DNA of 64,000 nucleotides from Nitrospinales bacterium (lineage in GTDB: Bacteria > Nitrospinota > Nitrospinia > Nitrospinales > VA-1), in contig OZ242182.1 of assembly GCA_965205835.1 (NCBI GenBank), forward strand, positions 2,150,759 to 2,214,758, given 5' to 3'. Shown in pieces: positions 1 to 9,599 of this stretch (its first letter is position 1; each line of letters begins with the position of its first letter). The position numbers and the translations under genes are program-made. A model generated the notes under the pieces. That model did not search any database. It was not told where the DNA came from and saw only the letters and a program-made list of their open reading frames with translations.

Positions 1-2
1 TG

Positions 3-191
3 ATTATCAGGACCAGCGGAGAAAGAAGGATCAGTAATTTTCTTCTGTACCAGAGTGCTTATACCGAATTGCACTATAACAATGTGTTATGGCCGGACTT
101 TTCGGATGGTGATTTCCTGAACGCGATCATTGATTTTCAAAGCAGAGAGCGACGCTTTGGAATGACGCAAGGACAAATTGTCAAAGCCTGA
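3..191 (+). CDS. uppS: Undecaprenyl diphosphate synthase, 3' end (partial)
   Basis: Manual translation [25 protein letters not shown]...LWPDF...RERRFG..TGA matches the cis-prenyltransferase C-terminus; lies upstream of cdsA and dxr. Confidence 0.95.
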   Translation: MIRTSGERRISNFLLYQSAYTELHYNNVLWPDFSDGDFLNAIIDFQSRERRFGMTQGQIVKA

Positions 192-282
192 CCTCAATCA
201 TTGACATTTCTATTGAGAAACCCGCATCCGTGATCTTAAACGTTCTCACAAGGATTCATAAAAACCGAACAGGACCTGACTC

Positions 283-1077
283 TTGAAACGCGTTGGCAGT
301 GGAGCCATAGGCATTCCTATTGTGCTGGGAATTGTGTTGTACGGCTCTTCTCTCCTGTTCTTTGGTTTTGTTGCGGCGATTGTTTTGCTCGCCAGCTACG
401 AATACTTTGCCATGACTTCTAATGTGGGTGTGGAGGGCTTTCCCATTGAGGGTGGGGTGTTGAGTTTCTTGCTTTTATTGGGTTTCTATCTGGGCGCCCA
501 GTTTTTACTTTTATTCGTAGTCCTGTTTCCCGTCATTTTGTTCGCGACTTGGTTCTTCAGGGAAAATAATGTGAAAGTGGCTTTGGATCCGATCGCTTAT
601 ACGGTTCTCGGGGTTTTTTATATTGCGGGATTGGGCGGGTACTTTCTGTTGATCCGTAATTTGGAAAGCGGAAGCCAGATGATCGTGTTCCTTCTGCTTC
701 TGATCTGGGCTGGTGATACGGTAGCCTATTACGTCGGCCAAAACCTGGGTAAACACAAACTCATGCCTGTGGTCAGCCCCAATAAGACGGTGGAAGGGGC
801 TATCGCCAATGTGCTGGGAACCCTTTTGGCCGCGTTAATCATCAAGTCATGGTTTTTTCAGGAATTTTCGCTAATGCATTGTTTGATTGTGGCCTTTATA
901 TGCGGTATCATCGGTCAGTTTGGGGATTTTTCGGAATCGCTGATAAAAAGAAATTGTCGGGTGAAAGATTCGGGCTCATTGATTCCCGGTCACGGCGGTT
1001 TTCTTGATCGTATTGACAGCCTGTTGTTCGCCGGCCCGGCTTTCTATTGTTATTACCAATTGTTCCTAGGGACATAG
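283..1077 (+). CDS. cdsA: Phosphatidate cytidylyltransferase
   Basis: Multi-TM protein with SPNKTVEG and KDSGSLIPGHGGFLDRIDS motifs. Confidence 0.95.
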   Translation: MKRVGSGAIGIPIVLGIVLYGSSLLFFGFVAAIVLLASYEYFAMTSNVGVEGFPIEGGVLSFLLLLGFYLGAQFLLLFVVLFPVILFATWFFRENNVKVALDPIAYTVLGVFYIAGLGGYFLLIRNLESGSQMIVFLLLLIWAGDTVAYYVGQNLGKHKLMPVVSPNKTVEGAIANVLGTLLAALIIKSWFFQEFSLMHCLIVAFICGIIGQFGDFSESLIKRNCRVKDSGSLIPGHGGFLDRIDSLLFAGPAFYCYYQLFLGT

Positions 1078-1100
1078 TCAAACCTCGTCAGTACAACTTC

Positions 1101-2255
1101 ATGAAAAAGATATCCCTTCTGGGCTCAACGGGTTCCATCGGCATCAACACGCTGGACGTTATAGAATGCTATCCCGAAAATTTTCAGATTTGTGCCCTCT
1201 CTGCCGGAAGCAATGTAGAACTATTTGCCCGTCAGATTCGAAAATTCAAGCCCGCGCTCGCCGCCTTGTTTGATTCCACCAAAGTGGATGCATTGAGGGA
1301 ACTGGTCGCCGATTTGGATGTGGAAATCGTTTTTGGTCAGGAAGGTTTGGTTTCCGTCGCTTCTTTTCTGGAAGCCGACCTGGTCGTTTCCGGAGTGGTA
1401 GGAGGTGCCGGACTGCTCCCGGCCCTTGCCGCACTCAAAGCTGGTAAGAACCTGGCGCTTGCCAATAAAGAAACGCTCGTCATTGCTGGTGAGCTAGTGC
1501 TGAAAGAAGCCGCGCTTACCAATACTAAAATTATTCCTATCGACAGCGAACACAGCGCGATTTTTCAGGCTTTGAACGGAGAGAAAACAGAACGCATCAA
1601 AAAAATTATCCTGACCGCATCCGGTGGACCTTTCAGAACTTTCAGCCTCAAGCAGATGGAAAACGTTACGGTGAGTGAGGCGCTCGATCATCCCAACTGG
1701 AGTATGGGAGCCAAAATCACCATCGACTCTTCCACCATGATGAACAAAGGCCTCGAATATATAGAAGCCAAATGGCTGTTTGGCGTGGAGACCAACGTCG
1801 AGGTCATCGTCCATGCGCAGAGTATCATTCACTCGATGGTCGAGTTTGTCGATACTTCCATCATGGCGCAGCTGGGTATTCCCGATATGCGGGTTCCCAT
1901 CGCTTACGCCCTGACTTATCCGGACCGGTTTGAAAGGGAACTGCCTTCTCTGGATTTGGCAGCAATGGGTGACCTGACCTTTGAGGCTCCCGACTTCGCA
2001 AGATTTCCCTGCCTGCAACTGGCTATGGATGCGATGGAAATGGGCCAGACCCTGCCAGCAGTCCTCAACGCCGCTAACGAAATCGCGGTGCAGGCGTTCC
2101 TCGATGAGCTGATCCCCTATAAAGATATCGCGGAAATCATTCGTATGGTTATGCAAAACCACCGCCCGGTTCCCCTGCGGGAACTGGAAGGTGTTCTGGA
2201 AGCCGACCGCTGGGCCCGTGAAGAAACCACAAAACTCATCACCGTCACCCATTAA
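1101..2255 (+). CDS. dxr: 1-deoxy-D-xylulose 5-phosphate reductoisomerase
   Basis: LGSTGSIG, LANKE, PIDSEH, HPNWSMGAKITIDS motifs; ATG at 1101 preferred over ORF-track start 1047. Confidence 0.97.
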   Translation: MKKISLLGSTGSIGINTLDVIECYPENFQICALSAGSNVELFARQIRKFKPALAALFDSTKVDALRELVADLDVEIVFGQEGLVSVASFLEADLVVSGVVGGAGLLPALAALKAGKNLALANKETLVIAGELVLKEAALTNTKIIPIDSEHSAIFQALNGEKTERIKKIILTASGGPFRTFSLKQMENVTVSEALDHPNWSMGAKITIDSSTMMNKGLEYIEAKWLFGVETNVEVIVHAQSIIHSMVEFVDTSIMAQLGIPDMRVPIAYALTYPDRFERELPSLDLAAMGDLTFEAPDFARFPCLQLAMDAMEMGQTLPAVLNAANEIAVQAFLDELIPYKDIAEIIRMVMQNHRPVPLRELEGVLEADRWAREETTKLITVTH

Positions 2256-2352
2256 CATGGGAGGCAAATAGCAATAGCTTTAATTGGCGAGACAGTTACC
2301 TCGGCATAAGGGGCTATTGCCATATTCCCACCGGGCGTTGCCCGGTTTATCT

Positions 2353-2844
2353 GTGAGATCATCTGATATTCGCATCGGCAATGGTTATGATGTGCACCGT
2401 CTGGTTGAGGGCAGAAAACTCATCCTCGGCGGAGTCGATGTTCCGCATTCGATGGGACTGGACGGGCACTCTGATGCCGATGCCTTGGCACACGCTTTGT
2501 GTGATGCCCTGCTGGGAGCTCTTGGGGCAGGGGATATCGGTATCTATTTTCCGGACACCGACCCGAAATGGAAAGGCATCTCCAGCTTGTTACTGCTCAA
2601 AGAGGCCATGCGCATGTGCCGAGAAAAAGGGTTTGAGCTTGCTAATGCCGATTCCGTGATCGTGGCGCAGAAGCCTAAACTTTCTCCGCATCTGCCGGAA
2701 ATGAAAAAGAATATTGCTGTGGCACTCGATGTAGAAACGAACCGGATAAATACTAAAGCCACTACAACTGAAAAGCTTGGGTTTGCCGGGCGGGAAGAGG
2801 GCATCTCCGCCTACGCGGTCGCTTTACTGGTAAAAAATGTTTAA
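2353..2844 (+). CDS. ispF: 2-C-methyl-D-erythritol 2,4-cyclodiphosphate synthase
   Basis: RIGNGYDVH, GHSDAD, KATTTEKLGFAGREEG motifs; GTG at 2353 is the likely start (uncertain). Confidence 0.95.
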   Translation: MRSSDIRIGNGYDVHRLVEGRKLILGGVDVPHSMGLDGHSDADALAHALCDALLGALGAGDIGIYFPDTDPKWKGISSLLLLKEAMRMCREKGFELANADSVIVAQKPKLSPHLPEMKKNIAVALDVETNRINTKATTTEKLGFAGREEGISAYAVALLVKNV

Positions 2845-4090
2845 CCTTAACGAGCGCGTCGTAATCACAGGAATTGGGTTGACCTCCCCAAACGGTAACA
2901 ACCTGAAAGAATTCCGACAAAACCTGCTGAACGGAGTTTCAGGGGCGCAACAATTCGAAACCCGCTATATGGGGAAGGTCCACGCCGGGGTCTGCGATTT
3001 TGATGAACTGAAATACCAAAAAAAAAAGGAACGCCGTCGCGGCACCCGTGTCGGTTCCGTTGCCATCTATTGTTCGCAGGAAGCTATTGCCGATGCCGGA
3101 ATCGATCTCGAAGCAATCGACCGCTCAAAAGTTGGTGTCTATCTCGGTGTGACTGAGCACGGCAATGTCGAGACCGAGAACGAAGTCTACAACATCAGCC
3201 AGTATGGCTATGATACCAAGTTCTGGTCGCACCATCATAACCCCCGCACGGTGTCCAACAATCCGGCCGGCGAAGTGACCTTGAACATGAAAATCACCGG
3301 GCCGCATTACACCATTGGCGCGGCCTGTGCCGCCGGGAATATGGGGGTCATTCAGGGCTTGCAGATGTTGCGGCTGGGCGAAGTCGATCTAGCGTTGGCG
3401 GGCGGGGTGTCTGAGAGTATCCACACCTTTGGCATCTTTGCCAGTTTCAAAAGCGAGGGGGCTTTGGCTGAGCACGAAGACCCGACCAAAGCCAGCCGTC
3501 CGTTCGATAAAAACAGGAACGGCATCGTCTGTTCAGAAGGTGGTGCCGTCTATACGCTTGAACGATTATCGGACGCGCAAAAACGTGGCGCAAAAATCTA
3601 CGGTGAAATCGTTGGTTACGCCATCAACTCCGACGCAATCGATTTCATCCTCCCTGATCCGGGCCGACAGGCTCAGTGCATACGCATGGCACTGGATAGA
3701 GCCGGACTCAAACCGGGCGACATCGATATCCTCAATTGCCATGCCACCGCAACGCAAATGGGAGATATTCAGGAGGCCAAAGCCATCCGCGAAGTGTTTG
3801 GCGATAACAGTAAAACGCGCATCAACAATACCAAAAGCTTTATCGGTCACACCATGGGTGCGGCGGGCACGCTGGAACTCTCGGGTAACCTGCCAGCTTT
3901 CGACGACCTCATGGTCCACCCCACCATCAACCTCGACAACCTCGATCCGGAATGCGCCTTGAACCACCTCGTCGCCAATAAACCGGAACAACTCTCCTCT
4001 GTCGACCTCATCATGAACAACTCGTTCGGCATGTTCGGCATCAATTCTGTCCTCATAGTGCGGAGTCCCTCCGCTGGGAACTTGCAATAA
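2837..4090 (+). CDS. Beta-ketoacyl-ACP synthase (FabF/FabB family), divergent
   Basis: Catalytic Cys (GAACAAG), His (NCHATAT), His (KSFIGHTMGAAG); SRPFD motif; start overlaps the ispF stop. Confidence 0.92.
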   Translation: MFNLNERVVITGIGLTSPNGNNLKEFRQNLLNGVSGAQQFETRYMGKVHAGVCDFDELKYQKKKERRRGTRVGSVAIYCSQEAIADAGIDLEAIDRSKVGVYLGVTEHGNVETENEVYNISQYGYDTKFWSHHHNPRTVSNNPAGEVTLNMKITGPHYTIGAACAAGNMGVIQGLQMLRLGEVDLALAGGVSESIHTFGIFASFKSEGALAEHEDPTKASRPFDKNRNGIVCSEGGAVYTLERLSDAQKRGAKIYGEIVGYAINSDAIDFILPDPGRQAQCIRMALDRAGLKPGDIDILNCHATATQMGDIQEAKAIREVFGDNSKTRINNTKSFIGHTMGAAGTLELSGNLPAFDDLMVHPTINLDNLDPECALNHLVANKPEQLSSVDLIMNNSFGMFGINSVLIVRSPSAGNLQ

Positions 4091-4227
4091 CTCTTCCTGG
4101 CAGGTGAACAGTCTTTTTTGCCCGTTGAGATATAACTATTTGCCTTCACGGCGAGCGGATTTAGGCTTGAAATTGGCCCTATCTTCTACTAAAATCGTGG
4201 TTACTGGAGACTTGGGAGAGGAAAGCA

Positions 4228-4491
4228 ATGACGATCGAAGAAGTACGGCAGATTATTCTTAATATCTTGGCCGATATTGCCCCGGATGAGGATATCAGCT
4301 CTATTGACGACAACACCAAATTGCGTGACCAGATCGACTTGGACTCGATGGATTTCCTCGATATCGTCATGGAACTCAGAAAACGCTTCAACATAGAAGT
4401 ACCGGAAAAGGATTATGAACATCTGGCTACTATGGCCGGTTGCATCACCTACCTGCAACCGCTTTTAAAAGACAGGCTCGCCTCCGGTTAG
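4228..4491 (+). CDS. Acyl carrier protein
   Basis: Small acidic protein with DLDSMDFLD phosphopantetheine attachment motif; GAGG SD upstream. Confidence 0.93.
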   Translation: MTIEEVRQIILNILADIAPDEDISSIDDNTKLRDQIDLDSMDFLDIVMELRKRFNIEVPEKDYEHLATMAGCITYLQPLLKDRLASG

Positions 4492-4622
4492 ATTTTCATC
4501 CCCCCCTTTATTGGTTCTAAGTTACATACATACCCAATTCAATTTATTGAAATCGAGAAAACCTTTGTTCGTCAGAAAGAATGGCTCATTCGATCCAACA
4601 TCACGCTGACTTCTGGTGAGAG

Positions 4623-4631
4623 TGGTATAAT
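4623..4631 (+). promoter_or_regulatory. Putative extended -10 promoter (TGGTATAAT) 6 nt upstream of ATG 4638
   Basis: Perfect TGnTATAAT; no SD before the ATG, compatible with a leaderless transcript. Confidence 0.45.
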
Positions 4632-4637
4632 CGATTT

Positions 4638-6020
4638 ATGCGTTACGACACTATTGTTATCGGTGCAGGGTTATCAGGATTGGCCGCTGGCATTCGCTTG
4701 GCCATGTTCGATAAAAAGGTCTGTATTGTTGAAAAACATGTTGAATTGGGCGGACTAAACTCTTTTTATGTGAGAAAAAACCGCACCTTCGATGTTGGGC
4801 TTCACGCCATGACCAACTTCACCCCCAAGGGTGTCCGCTCCTCGCCTTTGGGCAAACTTCTCAAACAACTGCGATTCAGTCATGACGACTTCCGCCTGTG
4901 CCAGCAGGAGATGTCGGAGATACGCTTCCCGGAGAAATCCCTCCGCTTCACCAATGACTTTGAGTTCATGCGCCAGGAAGTGGCGGAACAGTTCCCCGAC
5001 CAGATAGACGGATTCAACAAGCTGGTGGAAAAAATTCTAACTTTTGACGAACTGAACCTTGATGATAGCGACCATCTTTCTTCCCGGCCTGTGTTGGAAT
5101 CACTCATCAGCGACCCGGTGTTGATCGACATGTTGTTTTGTCCGCTTATGTATTACGGCAGTGCCCGTGAAGGCGACATGGATTTCTATCAGTTTGTTAT
5201 CATGTTCAAGAGTATTTTTGTGGAAGGATTTTCCAAGCCGGAAGGGGGCATGCGCTACATCCTCAACCTCCTGGCCGAGAGGTTCAAGAAACTGGGTGGT
5301 GATTTGAAGATGGGAAACGGGGTACAAACCATCAACGCCAGCAGGAGAACGGTTGCTTCGGTGACGCTGGAAAATGAGGAACAGTTGGCCACCGAGACAG
5401 TGCTTTCTTCCATGGGTTATGTTGAAACGCTGAACCGCTGCCAGCCCGCTCCCGACGAAGTGGGAAGTTGCGAAACCGGGCAGGTCTCGTTCATGGAGTC
5501 GCTTTTTGTGGTGGACAAGGAACCCTGCGACCTGGGTTATGACCAGAGCATTGTCTTTTTTTCTACCCGACAAAGGTTTGACTACAAGGTGCCGGAGGGC
5601 CTGGTTGATATTTCCAGTGGCGTATTGTGTTGTAGCAACAATTTCAAATACCCGAAACCGCTTGAAGAAGGGTTAATTCGGCTGACCAATCTGGCTAATT
5701 TCGGGAAATGGGACAATCTGGTGAGAAAAGATTATATTGCCGCAAAAAAAAAGTGGAGAAGCTGGGCCTTAGAGGAGTTATTCACATTTTTCCCAAATTT
5801 TAGCGATAATGTGGTATTTTTGGACTCGTTTACGCCTAGGACCATAAAGAAATATACAGGCCATATTAATGGGGCCGTCTATGGATCGCCGGAGAAGATT
5901 AAGAACGGAAGAACCCCTGTCAAAAACCTGTACATATGTGGGACGGATCAGGGGTTTTTAGGTATTGTCGGGGCCACATTAAGTGGAATATCCATGGTCA
6001 ACCTGCATCTTTTACGATAA
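4638..6020 (+). CDS. FAD-dependent oxidoreductase, phytoene desaturase (CrtI)/retinol saturase-like, copy 1
   Basis: N-terminal IGAGLSG..EKH..GG dinucleotide fold, FDVGLHAM, C-terminal TPRTIKKYT..GAVYG and NLYICG. Confidence 0.85.
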   Translation: MRYDTIVIGAGLSGLAAGIRLAMFDKKVCIVEKHVELGGLNSFYVRKNRTFDVGLHAMTNFTPKGVRSSPLGKLLKQLRFSHDDFRLCQQEMSEIRFPEKSLRFTNDFEFMRQEVAEQFPDQIDGFNKLVEKILTFDELNLDDSDHLSSRPVLESLISDPVLIDMLFCPLMYYGSAREGDMDFYQFVIMFKSIFVEGFSKPEGGMRYILNLLAERFKKLGGDLKMGNGVQTINASRRTVASVTLENEEQLATETVLSSMGYVETLNRCQPAPDEVGSCETGQVSFMESLFVVDKEPCDLGYDQSIVFFSTRQRFDYKVPEGLVDISSGVLCCSNNFKYPKPLEEGLIRLTNLANFGKWDNLVRKDYIAAKKKWRSWALEELFTFFPNFSDNVVFLDSFTPRTIKKYTGHINGAVYGSPEKIKNGRTPVKNLYICGTDQGFLGIVGATLSGISMVNLHLLR

Positions 6021-6032
6021 TCAACCGCATCA

Positions 6033-7481
6033 ATGAATGAACCAAAGAGAGACTGGTTGAAGGGTGTTTTTTCGGCTTACGATACGGTCGTGATTGGGAG
6101 CGGTCTGGCGGGAATGACGTCGGCCAATCTTCTGGCCAAGCTTGGACACAAGGTTTTGCTGGCCGAACATCATTATAATATGGGGGGCATGGCCACTTGG
6201 TTCAAACGCAAGGGCGGGCATATTATGGATATCTCCCTGCACGGGTTCCCTCGTGGGATGATTAAGACCCTCAGAAAATACTGGACCCAAGACATCTCGC
6301 ACAGGGTCATTCAGCTCAAAAAAATTCGTTTTGACAACCCACAGTTCTCTCTCAACACCTCTTTCGACAAAGTAGATTTCACCCGTATTCTGCGTGAGCG
6401 TTTCGGTATCCTGAAAGAGGTGGTCGACGATTTCTTTTTGACCGTCCGCGACATGAATTTTTATGACGAAGTGGTCATGACTACCCGCGAGCTTTTTGAA
6501 AAATACTTTCCCGGTCGCACTGATGTCTGGCGTTTTCTCATGGAGCCGATCACCTATGCCAATGGTTCCACCCTTGATGATCCGGCAATAACTTACGGCA
6601 TTGTGTTTTCCAACTTTATGGACAAGGGAGTTTTTACCTACCAAGGTGGCACCGATCATTTGATTAAGGAAATGAAGAAGGAGCTGTTGAAAAACGGCGT
6701 AGACATTCGCACTCACTGCATGGTCGAAAAAATTTATGTGGACGATAAAACCGTACAGGGTGTCCGCGTCAATGGTCAGGATATTCAGTGCAAGTCGGTA
6801 CTTTCCAACTCCAACCTGTTGACCACCATACAACAGCTGACTGGCGAGGAACATTTTGATGCTGAATTTATCAAAGAGGTCAAAAAAGTTCGGCTCAATA
6901 ACTCCAGTTGCCAGGTTTATATGGGAATTAAAACGGGTGAAACCGCGCCGAATGTAGGCGATCTGCTGTTCTCGTCTGTGGCGGATGAATACTGCACAGA
7001 TCAAATATTGAGTAAAGATGTTACCAGCCGCACGTTTTCATTTTATTATCCGAGAATCCGCCCGGGTACCAATCGCTACTCCATCGTCTCTTCGACCAAC
7101 GCCCGCTACCAGGACTGGGCCAACCTGACCGAGTCCCAATACAAAAAAGACAAGCACGATCTGGAGCAAACAACTCTCGATGTGCTGGAAAAATATGTTC
7201 CGGGCATACGCAAAAAAGTGGATCATGTGGAAGCCTCAACCCCAAAAACTTTCAAGCGTTATACCTTGCACCCCTCGGGCACTTCGTTTGGAACCAAGTT
7301 TGAAGGACTCAAAATAAGCCGGGATCTCCCTAAACAGATCAATGGGCTGTTCCATGCCGGCTCGGTGGGGATCATCATGTCGGGCTGGCTGGGAGCGGCG
7401 AACTATGGGGTCATTGTCGCCAACGAAGCCGATAAATTCCTCCGCCAGTTGAGTCCGAGCTTGGTGACGGCATCGGCCTGA
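6033..7481 (+). CDS. FAD-dependent oxidoreductase, phytoene desaturase (CrtI)/retinol saturase-like, copy 2
   Basis: IGSGLAG..EHH..GG, DISLHGF, C-terminal [15 protein letters not shown] and GLFHAG. Confidence 0.85.
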   Translation: MNEPKRDWLKGVFSAYDTVVIGSGLAGMTSANLLAKLGHKVLLAEHHYNMGGMATWFKRKGGHIMDISLHGFPRGMIKTLRKYWTQDISHRVIQLKKIRFDNPQFSLNTSFDKVDFTRILRERFGILKEVVDDFFLTVRDMNFYDEVVMTTRELFEKYFPGRTDVWRFLMEPITYANGSTLDDPAITYGIVFSNFMDKGVFTYQGGTDHLIKEMKKELLKNGVDIRTHCMVEKIYVDDKTVQGVRVNGQDIQCKSVLSNSNLLTTIQQLTGEEHFDAEFIKEVKKVRLNNSSCQVYMGIKTGETAPNVGDLLFSSVADEYCTDQILSKDVTSRTFSFYYPRIRPGTNRYSIVSSTNARYQDWANLTESQYKKDKHDLEQTTLDVLEKYVPGIRKKVDHVEASTPKTFKRYTLHPSGTSFGTKFEGLKISRDLPKQINGLFHAGSVGIIMSGWLGAANYGVIVANEADKFLRQLSPSLVTASA

Positions 7482-7528
7482 ACACCTTTCTTCTTTCCTG
7501 AAATTCAATTTATATATAACATAGCGCA

Positions 7529-8272
7529 ATGGAATTTGACTTTAAAGGGCAAACGGCTCTGGTCACTGGCGGTACGCGCGGCATAGGCCGGGCTATTTCC
7601 GAGGCGTTTCTTGAAACCGGAGCAAAAGTCATCGCTACTTATCTGGGCAACGATGAAGAGGCGGAAAAATTCAAACGCGCTAATGCCCGCCACGCCGACT
7701 GTCTCGATATTCATAAATTCGATGTCACCGACTATGAAGCGGTGGAAAAGTTTTATAGAGCTATTGAAGCGAAATATAAAAACCTTCATATCCTCGTTAT
7801 TAGTTCGGGCATTCGGTCTGATTCCATTGTTGGCATGATGAGAGCGGAAGATTGGAACCGGGTCATCGATACCAATCTGACGGGAACGTTCAATTTATGC
7901 AAGCTGGCTGTACAGGCAATGATGCGCCAGAGGTACGGACGGATCATCACTTTAACGTCTCCCGTTGGCAGGTTCGGGTTTGCTGGTCAGGCCAATTACG
8001 CCGCGTCAAAGGCCGGACAGGTGGCATTCACACAATCCCTTTCCAAGGAAGTGGCGAGTCGGGAAATAACAGTGAATTGCGTATCGCCAGGCTTCATTGA
8101 TACGGATTTCATTGGCGATCTGCAGGAAGAGCAAAGAAAATCCTATAAAGACCAGATTCCCCTGAAACGTTTCGGGACTCCGGAAGATGTCACCTACCCG
8201 GTGCTGTTTCTGGCCTCAAAAGAATCTTCTTACATCACGGGCTCGGTGCTAGAGGTAACCGGGGGACTATAG
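7529..8272 (+). CDS. fabG: 3-oxoacyl-ACP reductase (FabG-like SDR)
   Basis: TGGTRGIG, GQANYAASK, VNCVSPGFIDT. Confidence 0.88.
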   Translation: MEFDFKGQTALVTGGTRGIGRAISEAFLETGAKVIATYLGNDEEAEKFKRANARHADCLDIHKFDVTDYEAVEKFYRAIEAKYKNLHILVISSGIRSDSIVGMMRAEDWNRVIDTNLTGTFNLCKLAVQAMMRQRYGRIITLTSPVGRFGFAGQANYAASKAGQVAFTQSLSKEVASREITVNCVSPGFIDTDFIGDLQEEQRKSYKDQIPLKRFGTPEDVTYPVLFLASKESSYITGSVLEVTGGL

Positions 8273-8273
8273 A

Positions 8274-8699
8274 ATGCCACAGGATTTTCTTCAATACATT
8301 CCCCATCGTCCTCCTTTCCTGTTTGTCGATCAGGTGCTTGAAGAAAGTGACGATACCATTAAGACGGAAAAAAAGATCGATCCGAAAGAACCTTTTTTTG
8401 AGGGACATTATCCTGGAAGACCGATCATGCCGGGAGTATTGATCTTTGAATCTATTTTTCAGTCTGGTGCAATCATGATGGGCAAACGCATCGCCAGGGA
8501 AGGCAGGATTCCTGTTCTCACCCGGGTCAACAACATCAAACTCAAGCACGTCGTCCATCCCGGAGATACCATGCAGATTGAGGTGACCCTCAAAGACCTG
8601 GTCAGCAGTGCTGCTTATATGACGGGAAAAGCCAGCGTCAACGGTAAAACCGCGGTCACCCTGGAATTCTCCGCCATGTTGGTTGAGGAGACACAATGA
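8274..8699 (+). CDS. fabZ: 3-hydroxyacyl-ACP dehydratase (FabZ family)
   Basis: [10 protein letters not shown] and [19 protein letters not shown] hot-dog fold motifs. Confidence 0.88.
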   Translation: MPQDFLQYIPHRPPFLFVDQVLEESDDTIKTEKKIDPKEPFFEGHYPGRPIMPGVLIFESIFQSGAIMMGKRIAREGRIPVLTRVNNIKLKHVVHPGDTMQIEVTLKDLVSSAAYMTGKASVNGKTAVTLEFSAMLVEETQ

Positions 8700-9499
8700 G
8701 TTTTTTGGATTTGGAAAACAAAAGCATCTTAGTGACTGGAGTGGCAAACAGGAAAAGTGTTGCCTGGCATATCGCAAAGACGCTGGAAGAAGAAGGCGCA
8801 AAGGTCATTTACAGCGTCCGCTCCGAAGACCGCAAAAAATCACTGGGAAAACTTCTGGCAGGTAAAACCGTCGTCGTTTGTGATGTGGAAAAAGAAGAAG
8901 AGGTTGAACGTTTAAGGGCTCAGGTTGCTGAACACCGCAAGGTTCTGCACGGACTCGTCCACTCGATAGCTTTTGCCAATTATTCAGAGGGCTGGAAGCC
9001 GTTTCATGAAACGCCGAAAAAGGATTTTCTACAGTCCATCGATATCAGTTGTTATTCCCTGATCCATTTCGCCAACGTTTTTAAGGACTTGTTTCACCAG
9101 CAAGCTTCTGTGGTCACGGTATCGATTTCGACTACGCGAATGGCGGCGGAAAATTATGGCTATATGGCCCCGGCCAAGGCAGCACTCGATTCCACTCTCT
9201 GTTTCCTGGCAAAATCGTTCAGTGCTTTTTCTAAAGTTCGGTTCAACTCCATCAACCCCGGCCTGCTCAAGACATCAGCGTCAGCGGGCATCCCCGGTTA
9301 TGTCGACTCCTACCTGCATGCCGAAAAAGCAACGTTGAGGAAAAAGGCTCTGACCACCCAGGAGGCGGCCAATGCGGCGGTATTTTTATTGAGCGAACGC
9401 GCCAGCGGTATCAACGCTCAGGGCCTGGTTCTTGATGCCGGAATGTCCATCAACTATTTTGATCAGGAATTGATCAAACCCGCTCCCGCCTCTTCGTGA
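8696..9499 (+). CDS. fabI: Enoyl-ACP reductase (FabI family)
   Basis: [26 protein letters not shown] (YxxMxxxK). Confidence 0.87.
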   Translation: MSFLDLENKSILVTGVANRKSVAWHIAKTLEEEGAKVIYSVRSEDRKKSLGKLLAGKTVVVCDVEKEEEVERLRAQVAEHRKVLHGLVHSIAFANYSEGWKPFHETPKKDFLQSIDISCYSLIHFANVFKDLFHQQASVVTVSISTTRMAAENYGYMAPAKAALDSTLCFLAKSFSAFSKVRFNSINPGLLKTSASAGIPGYVDSYLHAEKATLRKKALTTQEAANAAVFLLSERASGINAQGLVLDAGMSINYFDQELIKPAPASS

Positions 9500-9599
9500 T
9501 ATTCATGCTTTGGAGAAATATGTCATATTCAACCAACTCGGACATCATCTCCATAGTATGATACAACGGTCAAAGACTCGCTGGAGATGACTAAATCTT

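Noticed and set aside
3018-3027. A10 run in the KS gene (and A9 at 5744-5752) as phase-variation sites
   Set aside because: Both are in frame and encode Lys runs; there is no evidence of slippage from a single sequence.
6030-7004. Long antisense ORFs (e.g. 6030-7004, 1494-2267, 61228-61935)
   Set aside because: Shadows of well-supported genes on the opposite strand, with no motifs.
4638-7481. Carotenoid biosynthesis (crtI) annotation
   Set aside because: No phytoene synthase, cyclase or GGPP synthase nearby; the neighbours are ACP-dependent enzymes.
2837-9499. Calling the cluster a ladderane or aryl-polyene cluster
   Set aside because: No radical-SAM, methyltransferase, second KS/CLF, AMP ligase or acyltransferase genes; only a partial resemblance.
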